Below, one piece after another: positions 10,595-19,881 of a stretch of DNA of 46,143 nucleotides. Source of the stretch: Candidatus Obscuribacteraceae bacterium. GTDB lineage: Bacteria > Cyanobacteriota > Vampirovibrionia > Obscuribacterales > Obscuribacteraceae. Within the stretch, counting starts at the first letter, position 1. The number at the start of each line of letters is the position of its first letter. The stretch lies in contig JBGASG010000018.1 of assembly GCA_044229845.1 (NCBI GenBank), forward strand, positions 1 through 46,143, read 5' to 3'. Under the pieces are notes generated by a model. The model saw nothing but the letters and a program-made list of their open reading frames with translations. It did not search any database and had not been told where the DNA came from. The position numbers and the translations under genes are program-made.

Positions 10595-10741
10595 TTACAT
10601 CTGGTTGGCCGGGTGAATCCAGGGCGCACAGTATGTCGACTTCTGTTCGCTGGCGTGTACGAAAGCTGATGCGTTCATGGCGAGAAGCACCAGCATGATG
10701 CCCATCCAGACGATCTTCAGGTCTTTCTTAGTAATGTTCAT
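10595..10741 (-). CDS. 48-aa small membrane/secreted protein, not in the ORF track
   Basis: MNITKKDLKIVWMGIMLVLLAMNASAFVHASEQKSTYCAPWIHPANQM*; GGGAAGG RBS; basic N-terminus plus hydrophobic helix; own terminator downstream. Confidence 0.7.
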   Translation of the reverse strand: MNITKKDLKIVWMGIMLVLLAMNASAFVHASEQKSTYCAPWIHPANQM

Positions 10742-10865
10742 CAGCCTTCCCTTGTCAACGCACCAGTGACGACGGTCGTCTCCGATTCATGTTCCCCATC
10801 AGATCCGCCTTCAAACTTGCGCCCGCGCGTTTTACAATTGCCACCTAATCTCGGAGCGCAAGAGC

Positions 10866-12224
10866 ATGCTGACGACGACCGACCCCCAAGTTGGAGGCAC
10901 CACCGTGGAATCAAAGCCCGTTACAGAGGCAGTCAACGTGGCACCACCGGTGATGACAAACTACCGCTGGGTCATGGTGGCATTAGGGTTTTTGATCATC
11001 ATCATCAATTACATGGACCGCACGGCGATGTCCTATGCAATTAGCCCGATCTGCAAAGAATTCCACCTCACCAACAGCCAGTTCGGATTCATCATGGCCG
11101 CCTTCCCGGTCGGCTACGCGATCATGACCACCGGTGGTGGCATCATCGTAGATTTGTGGGGAGCCCGCAAAGTCTGGGCCGCGTCGGCAATTGCCTGGTC
11201 GTCGGTGACAGCCGTGCTCGGACTGTGCAACGGCATGTGGATGTTTTTTGTCTTTCGCGCGTTCCTGGGCTTGACTGAGGGTCCTTGCTTCCCGGCTCTG
11301 ACGCGGCTGGTTACCGACTGGCTGCCGACATCCGAACGAGCCAAGTCCACCGCGATCGGACTGGCTGCCGTGCCGCTGGCTTCGGCTGTCGGCGGACCGA
11401 TCATCGCCAGCTTGATCATCTCGATCGGCTGGAAAGCGATGTTCTTCGTGCTTGGCTCGCTGGGCATAGCCTGGGCCGTAGTCTGGTACTACATGTACCG
11501 AGACTATCCCGAAAACAGCAAACACGTCTCACCGGCTGAACTGGCATTTATTCGCGAAGGACAGCCCACTCACGCCGGCAAGAGCGACGAAGAAATTCGA
11601 CGCCATCATCTCGACACAGGCAGCACAACCTGGAAATTCATCCTCACCAATCCTTCGCTCCTCTCCAATAATTACGCATTTTTCGCCTTCGGATATCTTC
11701 TGTTTTTTGCCTCCAACTGGTTGCCCGGATATCTGGAACAGACCTACCACGTAGAGCTGAAGCACGTCGGCTGGTTTATGGCCGTCACCTGGATGCCGGC
11801 TGCCATTCTTTTGCCGGCCGCTGGGTTTCTCTCCGACTGGCTGCTGAAGCGCACCGGCAAGATGCGCATTGCCCGCTCTCATTTGATCTGGACGTGCCAG
11901 CTGGCTTGCGCCATATGCTTCTATGGCGTCACCCTGGTGCATTCACTTCCGATTTCCGTGACGTTAATTGCGCTGGGACTTGGCATCGGTCTGGCCCCAA
12001 ATGCCGCCTTCTACGCGCTTAATTCCGATTTAGCGAAAGACCGAGCCGGCACAAGCCTGGGACTGATGGACTCGTTTTTTGCCGTGGCCGGCATCATGGC
12101 GCTGGCTCTGACCGGCTATCTGTCCGACAAGAGCGGTAATTTTAATCTACCAATCTTGCTGCTCGTGGGCTTCACGCTTACGTCCGTCGTTGGTATCCTC
12201 TTAGGAAGTTTCTCTAATGGTTAG
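10866..12224 (+). CDS. MFS transporter, anion:cation symporter (ACS) family
   Basis: INYMDR, GLTEGPCFP, WLPTSER, about 12 TM helices. Confidence 0.92.
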   Translation: MLTTTDPQVGGTTVESKPVTEAVNVAPPVMTNYRWVMVALGFLIIIINYMDRTAMSYAISPICKEFHLTNSQFGFIMAAFPVGYAIMTTGGGIIVDLWGARKVWAASAIAWSSVTAVLGLCNGMWMFFVFRAFLGLTEGPCFPALTRLVTDWLPTSERAKSTAIGLAAVPLASAVGGPIIASLIISIGWKAMFFVLGSLGIAWAVVWYYMYRDYPENSKHVSPAELAFIREGQPTHAGKSDEEIRRHHLDTGSTTWKFILTNPSLLSNNYAFFAFGYLLFFASNWLPGYLEQTYHVELKHVGWFMAVTWMPAAILLPAAGFLSDWLLKRTGKMRIARSHLIWTCQLACAICFYGVTLVHSLPISVTLIALGLGIGLAPNAAFYALNSDLAKDRAGTSLGLMDSFFAVAGIMALALTGYLSDKSGNFNLPILLLVGFTLTSVVGILLGSFSNG

Positions 12225-13026
12225 TCTGCACGCGCGCACATGTTTCGTCTTGATTGCTCTGACGCTGGCTCTGGCACCATCTATGGTGGCAACAATGCCA
12301 GTCGCCGATGCGGCACCGCAAACAACAATCGATCAACGCGCACCCAAAACGATCAGCACCGATCAAGACCTCAATCAATGGCTCACCTACTATTATCTGC
12401 ATCCGCAGCCGGACCTGGTTGTGCCGGCCACTTTGCTGGCTGAAAAGAAAGGCTATTTGAGCAGCGATACCGGTGGTCCCTATATGGCGTTTCTTTCTCG
12501 CATTTTTGCTCAGAATCCCACTATGGTGGGAGACTGGCTCAAGCAGCTGGACTCAATTCCGGCACGCGACAAACCGATGCTCTGGACAGCCATTTACTGG
12601 TCGCACACGAAGGAATCGGCAGCCTTGCTCGATCAAATCGCCAAGTCGTTGCCGCCCAAGAGCCAGGAGTCACTGGTCGAGCAAATCGCCAAACCACCTG
12701 AGCCGATTGAGAAAGTCACAATCAGCAGTCCGGCTGTGCTGGATATGCTCTGGGGTGCGTTCTTCGCCACGGGCGACGAGAAATATGTGAAGCGGCTGAT
12801 CAGTGTACTGCCGTGGGAAGCCCAAAACAAAGATCTGATCAAGATGCAGGTCGGCGCTTCGGCTCGCTGGTCACTGACCAGCAATGCAGAACAGCATGCG
12901 AAGGTCCTGGAGATCTGCCAGCAAGTGCGCGAAACCGATCCGGCCATGCGGACAGTGCTCGACCCGGTGATCGAGAAGGCCACTAAGAATCTGGCAGCGG
13001 CAACCGCCACCAGCAAAAACCGTTGA
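12217..13026 (+). CDS. Exported helical hypothetical protein
   Basis: Signal peptide; overlaps both neighbours; LDMLWGAFFATGD and ARWSL motifs. Confidence 0.8.
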   Translation: MVSLHARTCFVLIALTLALAPSMVATMPVADAAPQTTIDQRAPKTISTDQDLNQWLTYYYLHPQPDLVVPATLLAEKKGYLSSDTGGPYMAFLSRIFAQNPTMVGDWLKQLDSIPARDKPMLWTAIYWSHTKESAALLDQIAKSLPPKSQESLVEQIAKPPEPIEKVTISSPAVLDMLWGAFFATGDEKYVKRLISVLPWEAQNKDLIKMQVGASARWSLTSNAEQHAKVLEICQQVRETDPAMRTVLDPVIEKATKNLAAATATSKNR

Positions 13027-14495
13027 GCAGAGTAGTTATCCATCTGCTGCTGGCGCTGGCGTTTCTCGCCGGTGCATTCAACTGCTTCTCGGCATTGCCG
13101 GCTGATGCAGCCGACTTCGTAGTCAATCCTTACGTCCAGCTCGGACCACGGTCACCCTCGGCTAACTCATTGCCGTCGGTGACCGTGCAGTGGGGGGCGA
13201 TCGACAGCGATCGCGACTTTCAGGTGGAATGGCGCAACAAAGGTGATACGCAGTGGAATACCTGTCCACGTCCGACTTTTCGCCGTGTCGCGCCGAGAAA
13301 CTTGACACCGTTCCGGCTCTATTCAACCGAGATTAGTGGTATCAATTCCGGTGCCGCCATACAGTTTCACGTGCTGGTAAATCGACGCGGCGTCTTTGAT
13401 GGATCGTGCATTGCACCGAAGACCGGCGGCGATAAGCAAACATTTGCCGTCTTCGGGGACATCGGTGTCGGCAGTCTGCCCCAGGGAGCGATCGCTCGGC
13501 AGGTCCAGAAGGCGCATCCCGATTATGCAGTGCTGACCGGCGACCTGGTCTACGGCAGCGGCACCATCTCTGAATATTTGCGAAACTGGTTTCCGATCAT
13601 GAACGCCTCCGACCTCGGCGTGATCAGCGGCGCTGCTCTTATGAGCTCGACGCTCGTGGTGGCGGCGGCGGGCAATCATGACTTGATCATGTCGAACAAC
13701 CTGGGTGCAACACCAGACGGATTGGGTTACTTCATCTTCTGGTCACAGCCTCTGAACGGTCCCGGACAGTCCGGCAAACCGAATACCACCCCAATTCAGG
13801 GCTCACAGTCCGAGCTGACCGCATTTCGCAATGCGGCTGGCGATAACTTCCCGCGCATGGCGCAATTTTCTTTTGACTACGGAAATGCACACTGGACGAT
13901 GGTTGATGCAAATCCGTACATGGACTGGACGAACGCCGAGTTGCGTTCCTGGTTGGAAAAGGATCTCGCGGCCGCCAAAGACAAGCAGTGGCGATTTGTG
14001 GTTCTGCACCAGGCACCATTCACGTCCAACTGGACTCACATGGAAGAGCAGCGGATGCGCCTGATTTGCGACATTCTGGAAAAGGGCAAAGTCGACATCG
14101 TCTTTTCCGGGCATTCCCACAATTACGAACGCTCCTACCCGCTCCGCTTCGCTATTGACAAAGCGGTCGGTACTAAAGCCTTGCCGACGATTCCGGGCTC
14201 GCTGCAATTGGACAAGAGTTTTGACGGGAAGTCCGACAGCACCCCCGACGGTGTCATCTATGTAGTCACCGGCGCTGGTGGCGCGCCGCTCACCATCGGC
14301 AGACACTTGAATGTCCCGTACAAGGTCCAGCCCTATACCCAGAAGCTCATTGCGCAGCCGCACTCTTTTACGCTCTGCGAGATATCAGGAGGCAAATTGA
14401 AGTTGCGTCAGATAAGTGCATTCGGGCTGGAACTGGACTCCATCACGATCGATAAAGCCGCCGAGGCGCAGACCAGCCGGTCCGCCGCACATTAA
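13023..14495 (+). CDS. Purple acid phosphatase-like metallophosphoesterase, exported
   Basis: FGDIG, TGDLVY, AGNHD, VLH, SGHSHNYER, VTGAGG; N-terminal FN3-like region. Confidence 0.9.
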   Translation: MSRVVIHLLLALAFLAGAFNCFSALPADAADFVVNPYVQLGPRSPSANSLPSVTVQWGAIDSDRDFQVEWRNKGDTQWNTCPRPTFRRVAPRNLTPFRLYSTEISGINSGAAIQFHVLVNRRGVFDGSCIAPKTGGDKQTFAVFGDIGVGSLPQGAIARQVQKAHPDYAVLTGDLVYGSGTISEYLRNWFPIMNASDLGVISGAALMSSTLVVAAAGNHDLIMSNNLGATPDGLGYFIFWSQPLNGPGQSGKPNTTPIQGSQSELTAFRNAAGDNFPRMAQFSFDYGNAHWTMVDANPYMDWTNAELRSWLEKDLAAAKDKQWRFVVLHQAPFTSNWTHMEEQRMRLICDILEKGKVDIVFSGHSHNYERSYPLRFAIDKAVGTKALPTIPGSLQLDKSFDGKSDSTPDGVIYVVTGAGGAPLTIGRHLNVPYKVQPYTQKLIAQPHSFTLCEISGGKLKLRQISAFGLELDSITIDKAAEAQTSRSAAH

Positions 14496-14558
14496 TTTTT
14501 GCCGAAGCCTGGAGCCCAAATCGCAGGACAGGGTGGCAATTCGGGTTTACAGCCCGGC

Positions 14559-14618
14559 GAATTTATGGGTTTGCACCATAAATTCCAATTGAAACGTTGG
14601 AATATTGCGTGAATATAT
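14559..14618 (+). promoter_or_regulatory. Inverted repeats overlapping a putative promoter of the FecR-HK-RR module
   Basis: GAATTTATGG-n7-CCATAAATTC (14559-14585), ATTCCAA-n8-TTGGAAT, TTGAAA...TATATA in an AT-rich tract. Confidence 0.45.
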
Positions 14619-14665
14619 AGATATTGATAGGAAGTTCGCGCCTCTCTTTACCACGGAAAAACCCA

Positions 14666-16090
14666 ATGAACGCCATGCTTAGATTGCTGGTGAGCTTGAT
14701 TTTGATAGTGGCGTCCATGCCCACATGTTCGGCCGCCCCATCCTCATCAACTGCCGCCCAGGCCCAGTTTGCCGCCAAATTGACCGAAGCCAGAGGCTCG
14801 GTCTACAAACGCGGTTTCATCGACTGGAATCGCGAACAGTGGGGCGAACCAGCCCCCGCTAAAGCTGGTGACGCGCTCAACGAAGGTATGCAGGTCGGCA
14901 CCGGAGACAACTCCTGGGCGCAGATCAGCTGGACCAATATTAAAACCCGCGCCTGGGCGAACTCCGTCTACGCCATCGCGCCCAACCAGCGACTGGTCTA
15001 CCTGATCGGGGGCGAAATGCTCTTCCAGTTGGACAAGAACCGCAAGGACAAATCCGAATATCACGTCTGGACCAACCTCTTGCACGCACGGATTCGAGGG
15101 ACAACCGTCCTCGTTCAATCGACCGGAGAAGTTTCTCGGGTCACCTGCCTGGAAGGACACATCGATGTGATCAACCGCACCGACAACAGCGTCATTCACC
15201 TGAAGCCCGGTGCCGTGTACGAAATCAAGTCAGTCCCCTCGGTGGACAGCGCTGCCGACGCGGCTGCGGTCGTCAGTCGCCCGACGGCCTCATTGAGCAA
15301 CCTTACCCCGATCACCGCTCAAAACACTGCGCGCCCTGTCTTCGAGACCAACAAAACAACCAGCACTGTGTATCTGGTGGACAAACAGGCCCTCCTCAGC
15401 CACCCTCTTCTGACAAATTTCGAAAGCCCCCTGCCCAGCTTGCCACTGATCAACGACGCCCTGGGAGCTCTAGGTCTTCCCAACCTGATCGGACAGATCG
15501 TGCCTCAAACCCTGAAACACGTTCTGGGTGACGTTTTCGAGATAGCGCAGTTGCCGACACGGCTCAACTACAGGATCGGTCCGGACGCCGGCGGGCTGTT
15601 CTCGGTCAACCCAAATTCGCTGTCACTGCAGCCGCCCGATGGCATTCTCAATTTGCCGGAAACAGCCATGCTGCTTGACCCCAAAGCCGTTCCTGCACTG
15701 GGAAATGTCGGCGGGCTAGTCACTCAGATCTCGCCGCTCAGTCCACAATCTCAATTATTGCCGGGGGTAACCGCCCTCCCCGGGGTAAGTTCTATAACAA
15801 GTGCTACAGGTACTTTGAGTTCGCTCTCCGCTGTTACCGGGACGACCGCAAACCTTGGAACGGTAACCAGCACGGCAACTTCGACTCTGGGCACAGTATC
15901 CACCACGGCCAACTCAACCCTCAACTCGGTGACGGGGCTTGTCGGTGGAACGGTGGGGCGGGTAGTCACCCCGCTCACCGGTGGTGGTGGCACAGGTGGT
16001 GGTGGCGGGGGCGGTCTGCTGCCTAACCTTGGAGGTGGTGGCGGCCTGGGCGGTGCCCTCGGAGGTCTGGGGGGACTGCTGGGTCATTGA
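14666..16090 (+). CDS. Exported FecR-domain protein with long Thr/Ser/Leu/Gly-rich tail
   Basis: Signal peptide; GMQVGTGDNSWAQI, ARIRGTTVLV, VTCLEGHIDV FecR motifs; poly-Gly C-terminus. Confidence 0.85.
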   Translation: MNAMLRLLVSLILIVASMPTCSAAPSSSTAAQAQFAAKLTEARGSVYKRGFIDWNREQWGEPAPAKAGDALNEGMQVGTGDNSWAQISWTNIKTRAWANSVYAIAPNQRLVYLIGGEMLFQLDKNRKDKSEYHVWTNLLHARIRGTTVLVQSTGEVSRVTCLEGHIDVINRTDNSVIHLKPGAVYEIKSVPSVDSAADAAAVVSRPTASLSNLTPITAQNTARPVFETNKTTSTVYLVDKQALLSHPLLTNFESPLPSLPLINDALGALGLPNLIGQIVPQTLKHVLGDVFEIAQLPTRLNYRIGPDAGGLFSVNPNSLSLQPPDGILNLPETAMLLDPKAVPALGNVGGLVTQISPLSPQSQLLPGVTALPGVSSITSATGTLSSLSAVTGTTANLGTVTSTATSTLGTVSTTANSTLNSVTGLVGGTVGRVVTPLTGGGGTGGGGGGGLLPNLGGGGGLGGALGGLGGLLGH

Positions 16091-16144
16091 GAAAAGTACT
16101 TTTGATTTCGATCTCAGTTTCGTACAATTAGAGAAGAGGTAATT

Positions 16145-19100
16145 TTGCCGTCCACGTCGCGCTCCAAGCCCAAAAACCAGTTACTAAAAACAGCATCGAT
16201 TTACTTTGCCGTAGCGATGCTCATTGGTTTGTGCTTGGAAGTTACCGGAACGCTGCAACGAGCAGAGCTGCAATCGATCAATCATCGATATGAAGTGCGC
16301 CCATGGTTCCTGTGGGATCGGGAATCGCTCAATCGCCTCAACCCGACCGCGCTATGGAACTATCATGAAGCCCACGAAATCCCCCGTCACTGGTGGGCGT
16401 GGGACTACACACTGAGCTGGCTGATCGAAAACAATCATCCGCCGGTCAAGCAGAACATCGTCATCTTCAATCACCTCCTCGAAGACGAACCGCCCCTGGA
16501 AGCAGTCAAGGACAATCCATGGATGGCGCCTTTGACTCGCCAGCCCATGTCGCGTGGCACCGTCGCGGAGATGGTGCGTTTTCTGGCGCGCGCCGGCGCC
16601 AAACAAATCATTCTGGACAACGACTTCCCCGGCTTCACAGCCGAAGACGACAAGCTTGCCAGTGTCATCTATAAAGCAACTTCAGGTCAGCTGACCGGCA
16701 AGAAAGTGCCGGTGCTGATGGCGCGGACGATCAGCCATCGGTCATCAGGACAACTTCTGCAGTTGCATCAGCAACCAGCGATGAGTGGAGTTTTGCGGGA
16801 ACTGCAAAAGCTCGATCCGAAGGCGGACGTGTTCGACAAGTACACCGGCACCACCGCGGCACTCGTCGATGACGACCTGGTCATTCGCCGCATGGCGGCA
16901 ACCCTGCCGTCTCCCAGCAGCGAAGACACTCAAAGCCTCGTGCTGAAATCGTTGGAATTGCAAGGCATTCCGGCGCACGGCGTACCGACCGTTTTCGACA
17001 TCGATTTTGCGTCACCACCGAACTCAGAACTCTATCCGGTGCGCCCGATCTCATACCTGCTTGATCCAGCCGCCCGCACAAGCATGACCAGTGCCAAGAC
17101 CAAAGACGTAAAACTGAAGGACGCAGTGGTGATCATCGGCGACGGCGTCACCGACCTGATGTCCACGCCGCACACCAACACCGGCGTCAATTTGATGAGC
17201 GGATCTGAAGTGCTCGCTCACGCGATGGACACGGTCGCTCGCCGCTCGTGGCATGATCGCATGTATCGCCTGCATGCATTTCCGTTCTTGTTCTTCATCA
17301 CGTTGCTGGCAACCGTTCTGCACTTCTCAGTGCGCAGCGGCATGCAGCGCGTCACCTCCCCGATCGTCCTTTCTTCGCCCGTCGGGCGGTTCCTGCCCGA
17401 CGGTACGGCGTATGTTTTCACCGTTGGCGCTGTTTATCTAGTTTCTTGCGTGGTCTTTGCGCAACTCAACTTGATCGTGCCACTGGTGCCTGTGATTGTC
17501 GGGCTGACTCTGGCAACTCTCAGCGCTACCTTATTTGAGCGCGAGGAAGAACGCACCGCACACATGCAGCAACAACTGCTGGCGGCTCGGCAGAAGTTCG
17601 AATCGGATCTCAAACTTCAAGAATCAGAAGCTCGCAATCGCGAGGCGGAACTTGATAAAGAACGCCGCCGCGATTTCGCCAAGCGCATCAACCATGACCT
17701 GAAAGCGCCGGTGAGCGTCCTTAACTGGACACTCTCACGGTTGCGCCAAGACGGACTGGAAGCTAAGGGAGCGCCGGAAAAAATAGAACGGCTCGAACGC
17801 ACTACCGACCGGCTGTTCCGGTTGATCGGCGAACTGGTCAAAGCCTACGACTACTCTGATAAACGGACGCCACAGGTCGAAGAAACTTGCGACCTGCGTG
17901 AGTTGATATTCGGCAGCATCGATGTACAGTCAGCTCTGGCTGAAGTTCGCCGCAGTCGCATCAATCTGGATGTGCCTGACGAACCGATGCTCGCCATCGG
18001 CAGCTCGACGGACATCGCGCGCATCATCGACAATCTCATGCGCAACGCCTTGATACACAATCCGCATGGCACGTCGCTGACGGTAACAGCCAAGACCGAA
18101 CACGAAGAACACATCATCTCGGTCAGCGACAATGGTCGAGGCATTGCCTCCGACCGGTTACCTTTGCTTTTCGAGGCCGGCATGCGCGGCGATACTGATG
18201 ATGTTACCGGCAGCGGACTGGGCTTGTCGATCGTCAAACAGCTAGCTGAGGGCAACGGAGCCCAAATCTTTGCGGACAGCAAAGTCGGCAGCGGCACTAC
18301 CTTCATATTGCACTTCAAACGCGCGCCGGAAGCGAAGCCAGCCCCCATGGCGATCCCAATTCCATTCTTGCGCAGGCAAGCGGAAGCAGCGGCGGCGGCA
18401 ACGCCAGCGCCAGCACCGGAACCAGTACCAGCGCCCACACCAGTAATCGCGCCAATCCCAGAACCAATGCCCGCACCGCCTACGGTGGCAAGCGATGCAG
18501 CAGCAGCAGCGGCGGCAGCAGAAGCAGCCAAAGAAGCCAACTACGTTCTACAACGCGCGACCGGTATTGTTCCATTACTCACTTCGTTGATCAACGAGCC
18601 GGCGGGCAGCATCCTCGTGCCGGACATCCAACTGCAGCCAACAGCTCCGGATACAAACGGAGACTTGAAGAGCCAATTGGACGCGATTCCTACGCCTGGC
18701 TCCAGCAGCACCGCTCAGACACCAGCTCCACCAGCCGAGGCACCGGCAGAGACACCAGCACCGGCACTTCCGGTTGAAACACTGGCCGCCACAGTCAGCG
18801 CTTTGACAACAGATCTGAAAGCCCAGCTCGATGCCATCCCGACTCCGCGCGCATCGAGCAACGGCGCCGAACCTTACCACGACTCGGTCATGGTCGGCAA
18901 CGAGATCACAGTCGAGGTCTCATTGTTAGCCAACCGCTTCGGCACCGGCGAACAATTGACTCGCAACAACGGCGATCATGGATCAACCGATATTGAAGAA
19001 GAAGAAATGGATATGGAGACCGAAGCGACGGATCAGTCTGAACCAGGCGAATCAGGCAGCGGCATTGACGGCGGCGAACAAGGTGCCGTCAATATGATGG

Positions 19101-19156
19101 AAGCCCCTTCACTCAAGAACAGTCTTTTGAAGAAGCGTAAGGCGAGCCTTGCATGA
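16145..19156 (+). CDS. CHASE2-domain sensor histidine kinase with long disordered C-terminal tail
   Basis: CHASE2 motifs (AGAKQIILD, DDDLVIRR, VVIIG, SGSEVLAHA), 3 TMs, H-box NHDLKAP, N-box NLMRNA, DNGRG, GSGLGL. Confidence 0.92.
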   Translation: MPSTSRSKPKNQLLKTASIYFAVAMLIGLCLEVTGTLQRAELQSINHRYEVRPWFLWDRESLNRLNPTALWNYHEAHEIPRHWWAWDYTLSWLIENNHPPVKQNIVIFNHLLEDEPPLEAVKDNPWMAPLTRQPMSRGTVAEMVRFLARAGAKQIILDNDFPGFTAEDDKLASVIYKATSGQLTGKKVPVLMARTISHRSSGQLLQLHQQPAMSGVLRELQKLDPKADVFDKYTGTTAALVDDDLVIRRMAATLPSPSSEDTQSLVLKSLELQGIPAHGVPTVFDIDFASPPNSELYPVRPISYLLDPAARTSMTSAKTKDVKLKDAVVIIGDGVTDLMSTPHTNTGVNLMSGSEVLAHAMDTVARRSWHDRMYRLHAFPFLFFITLLATVLHFSVRSGMQRVTSPIVLSSPVGRFLPDGTAYVFTVGAVYLVSCVVFAQLNLIVPLVPVIVGLTLATLSATLFEREEERTAHMQQQLLAARQKFESDLKLQESEARNREAELDKERRRDFAKRINHDLKAPVSVLNWTLSRLRQDGLEAKGAPEKIERLERTTDRLFRLIGELVKAYDYSDKRTPQVEETCDLRELIFGSIDVQSALAEVRRSRINLDVPDEPMLAIGSSTDIARIIDNLMRNALIHNPHGTSLTVTAKTEHEEHIISVSDNGRGIASDRLPLLFEAGMRGDTDDVTGSGLGLSIVKQLAEGNGAQIFADSKVGSGTTFILHFKRAPEAKPAPMAIPIPFLRRQAEAAAAATPAPAPEPVPAPTPVIAPIPEPMPAPPTVASDAAAAAAAAEAAKEANYVLQRATGIVPLLTSLINEPAGSILVPDIQLQPTAPDTNGDLKSQLDAIPTPGSSSTAQTPAPPAEAPAETPAPALPVETLAATVSALTTDLKAQLDAIPTPRASSNGAEPYHDSVMVGNEITVEVSLLANRFGTGEQLTRNNGDHGSTDIEEEEMDMETEATDQSEPGESGSGIDGGEQGAVNMMEAPSLKNSLLKKRKASLA

Positions 19157-19857
19157 CGCGTCTCTGGATAATCGAAGACGACGCTGATTTCGCAGATGTT
19201 TTGCGAGAAAGCCTCGAACTGGATGCCAGCTTTGAAGTCGCCAAAGTCATACCTAACAAGAGAGAAGCGGAAGAGTTGATTGCGGCGGGCGCCATGGCCG
19301 ATGTGGACTGCGCGCTGGTTGATTTGCAGTTGCCCACGAGCGCCGGCAGCCCTGTTATCGATCCGACCGCCGGACTGGACATCGTTGAAATGATGCGTCG
19401 CCAGCATTTCTATGGAACGATCATCATTCTCACCAACTCACATCTATTTGCCGATGGATCGAGAGCTCTGGAAGCCGGTTGCGATGGCTATTTGTGCAAG
19501 CACGCCGAATTGGACGCCATCCCCCAGATGCTCGATGAACTGAAACTGGCATTGCGCGGCAATGTTATGTTGGTGTCTCGCGAGATGCGGCATGTATTCA
19601 TCCGCGAAGACGTCACCGCTAAAGAAGCGCGCCTTATGGATATGCTCGCTGCCGGGCGCACGTGGTCGCAAATCGCCAGCGAACTGGGCTACAAGACTTC
19701 AAAAGCTGCCGCTAACACCGGCGACCGCATCTTCGATAAGCTTTTGACCGGCCAAGACAGATTGCGAATGGAAGCGACCGGCGCCAAAAAGCGACAGCTG
19801 GCAGTGCAGCTTTGGAAATCGCGCCATTCGTCTTCTCCCACTACAGCCAAGAGCTGA
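19153..19857 (+). CDS. Response regulator (receiver plus LuxR-like HTH)
   Basis: IIEDD, LVDLQLP, IILT, GYLCK; ATGA overlap with the kinase. Confidence 0.9.
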   Translation: MTRLWIIEDDADFADVLRESLELDASFEVAKVIPNKREAEELIAAGAMADVDCALVDLQLPTSAGSPVIDPTAGLDIVEMMRRQHFYGTIIILTNSHLFADGSRALEAGCDGYLCKHAELDAIPQMLDELKLALRGNVMLVSREMRHVFIREDVTAKEARLMDMLAAGRTWSQIASELGYKTSKAAANTGDRIFDKLLTGQDRLRMEATGAKKRQLAVQLWKSRHSSSPTTAKS

Positions 19858-19881
19858 GCGGCTTCTCAAGAGCTGCCCGCA

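Noticed and set aside
19848..19876. CAAGAGCTG direct repeat as a target-site duplication at the regulator/transpeptidase junction
   Set aside because: Nine bp, only 11 nt apart, and no matching copy at the other presumed boundary near 9040
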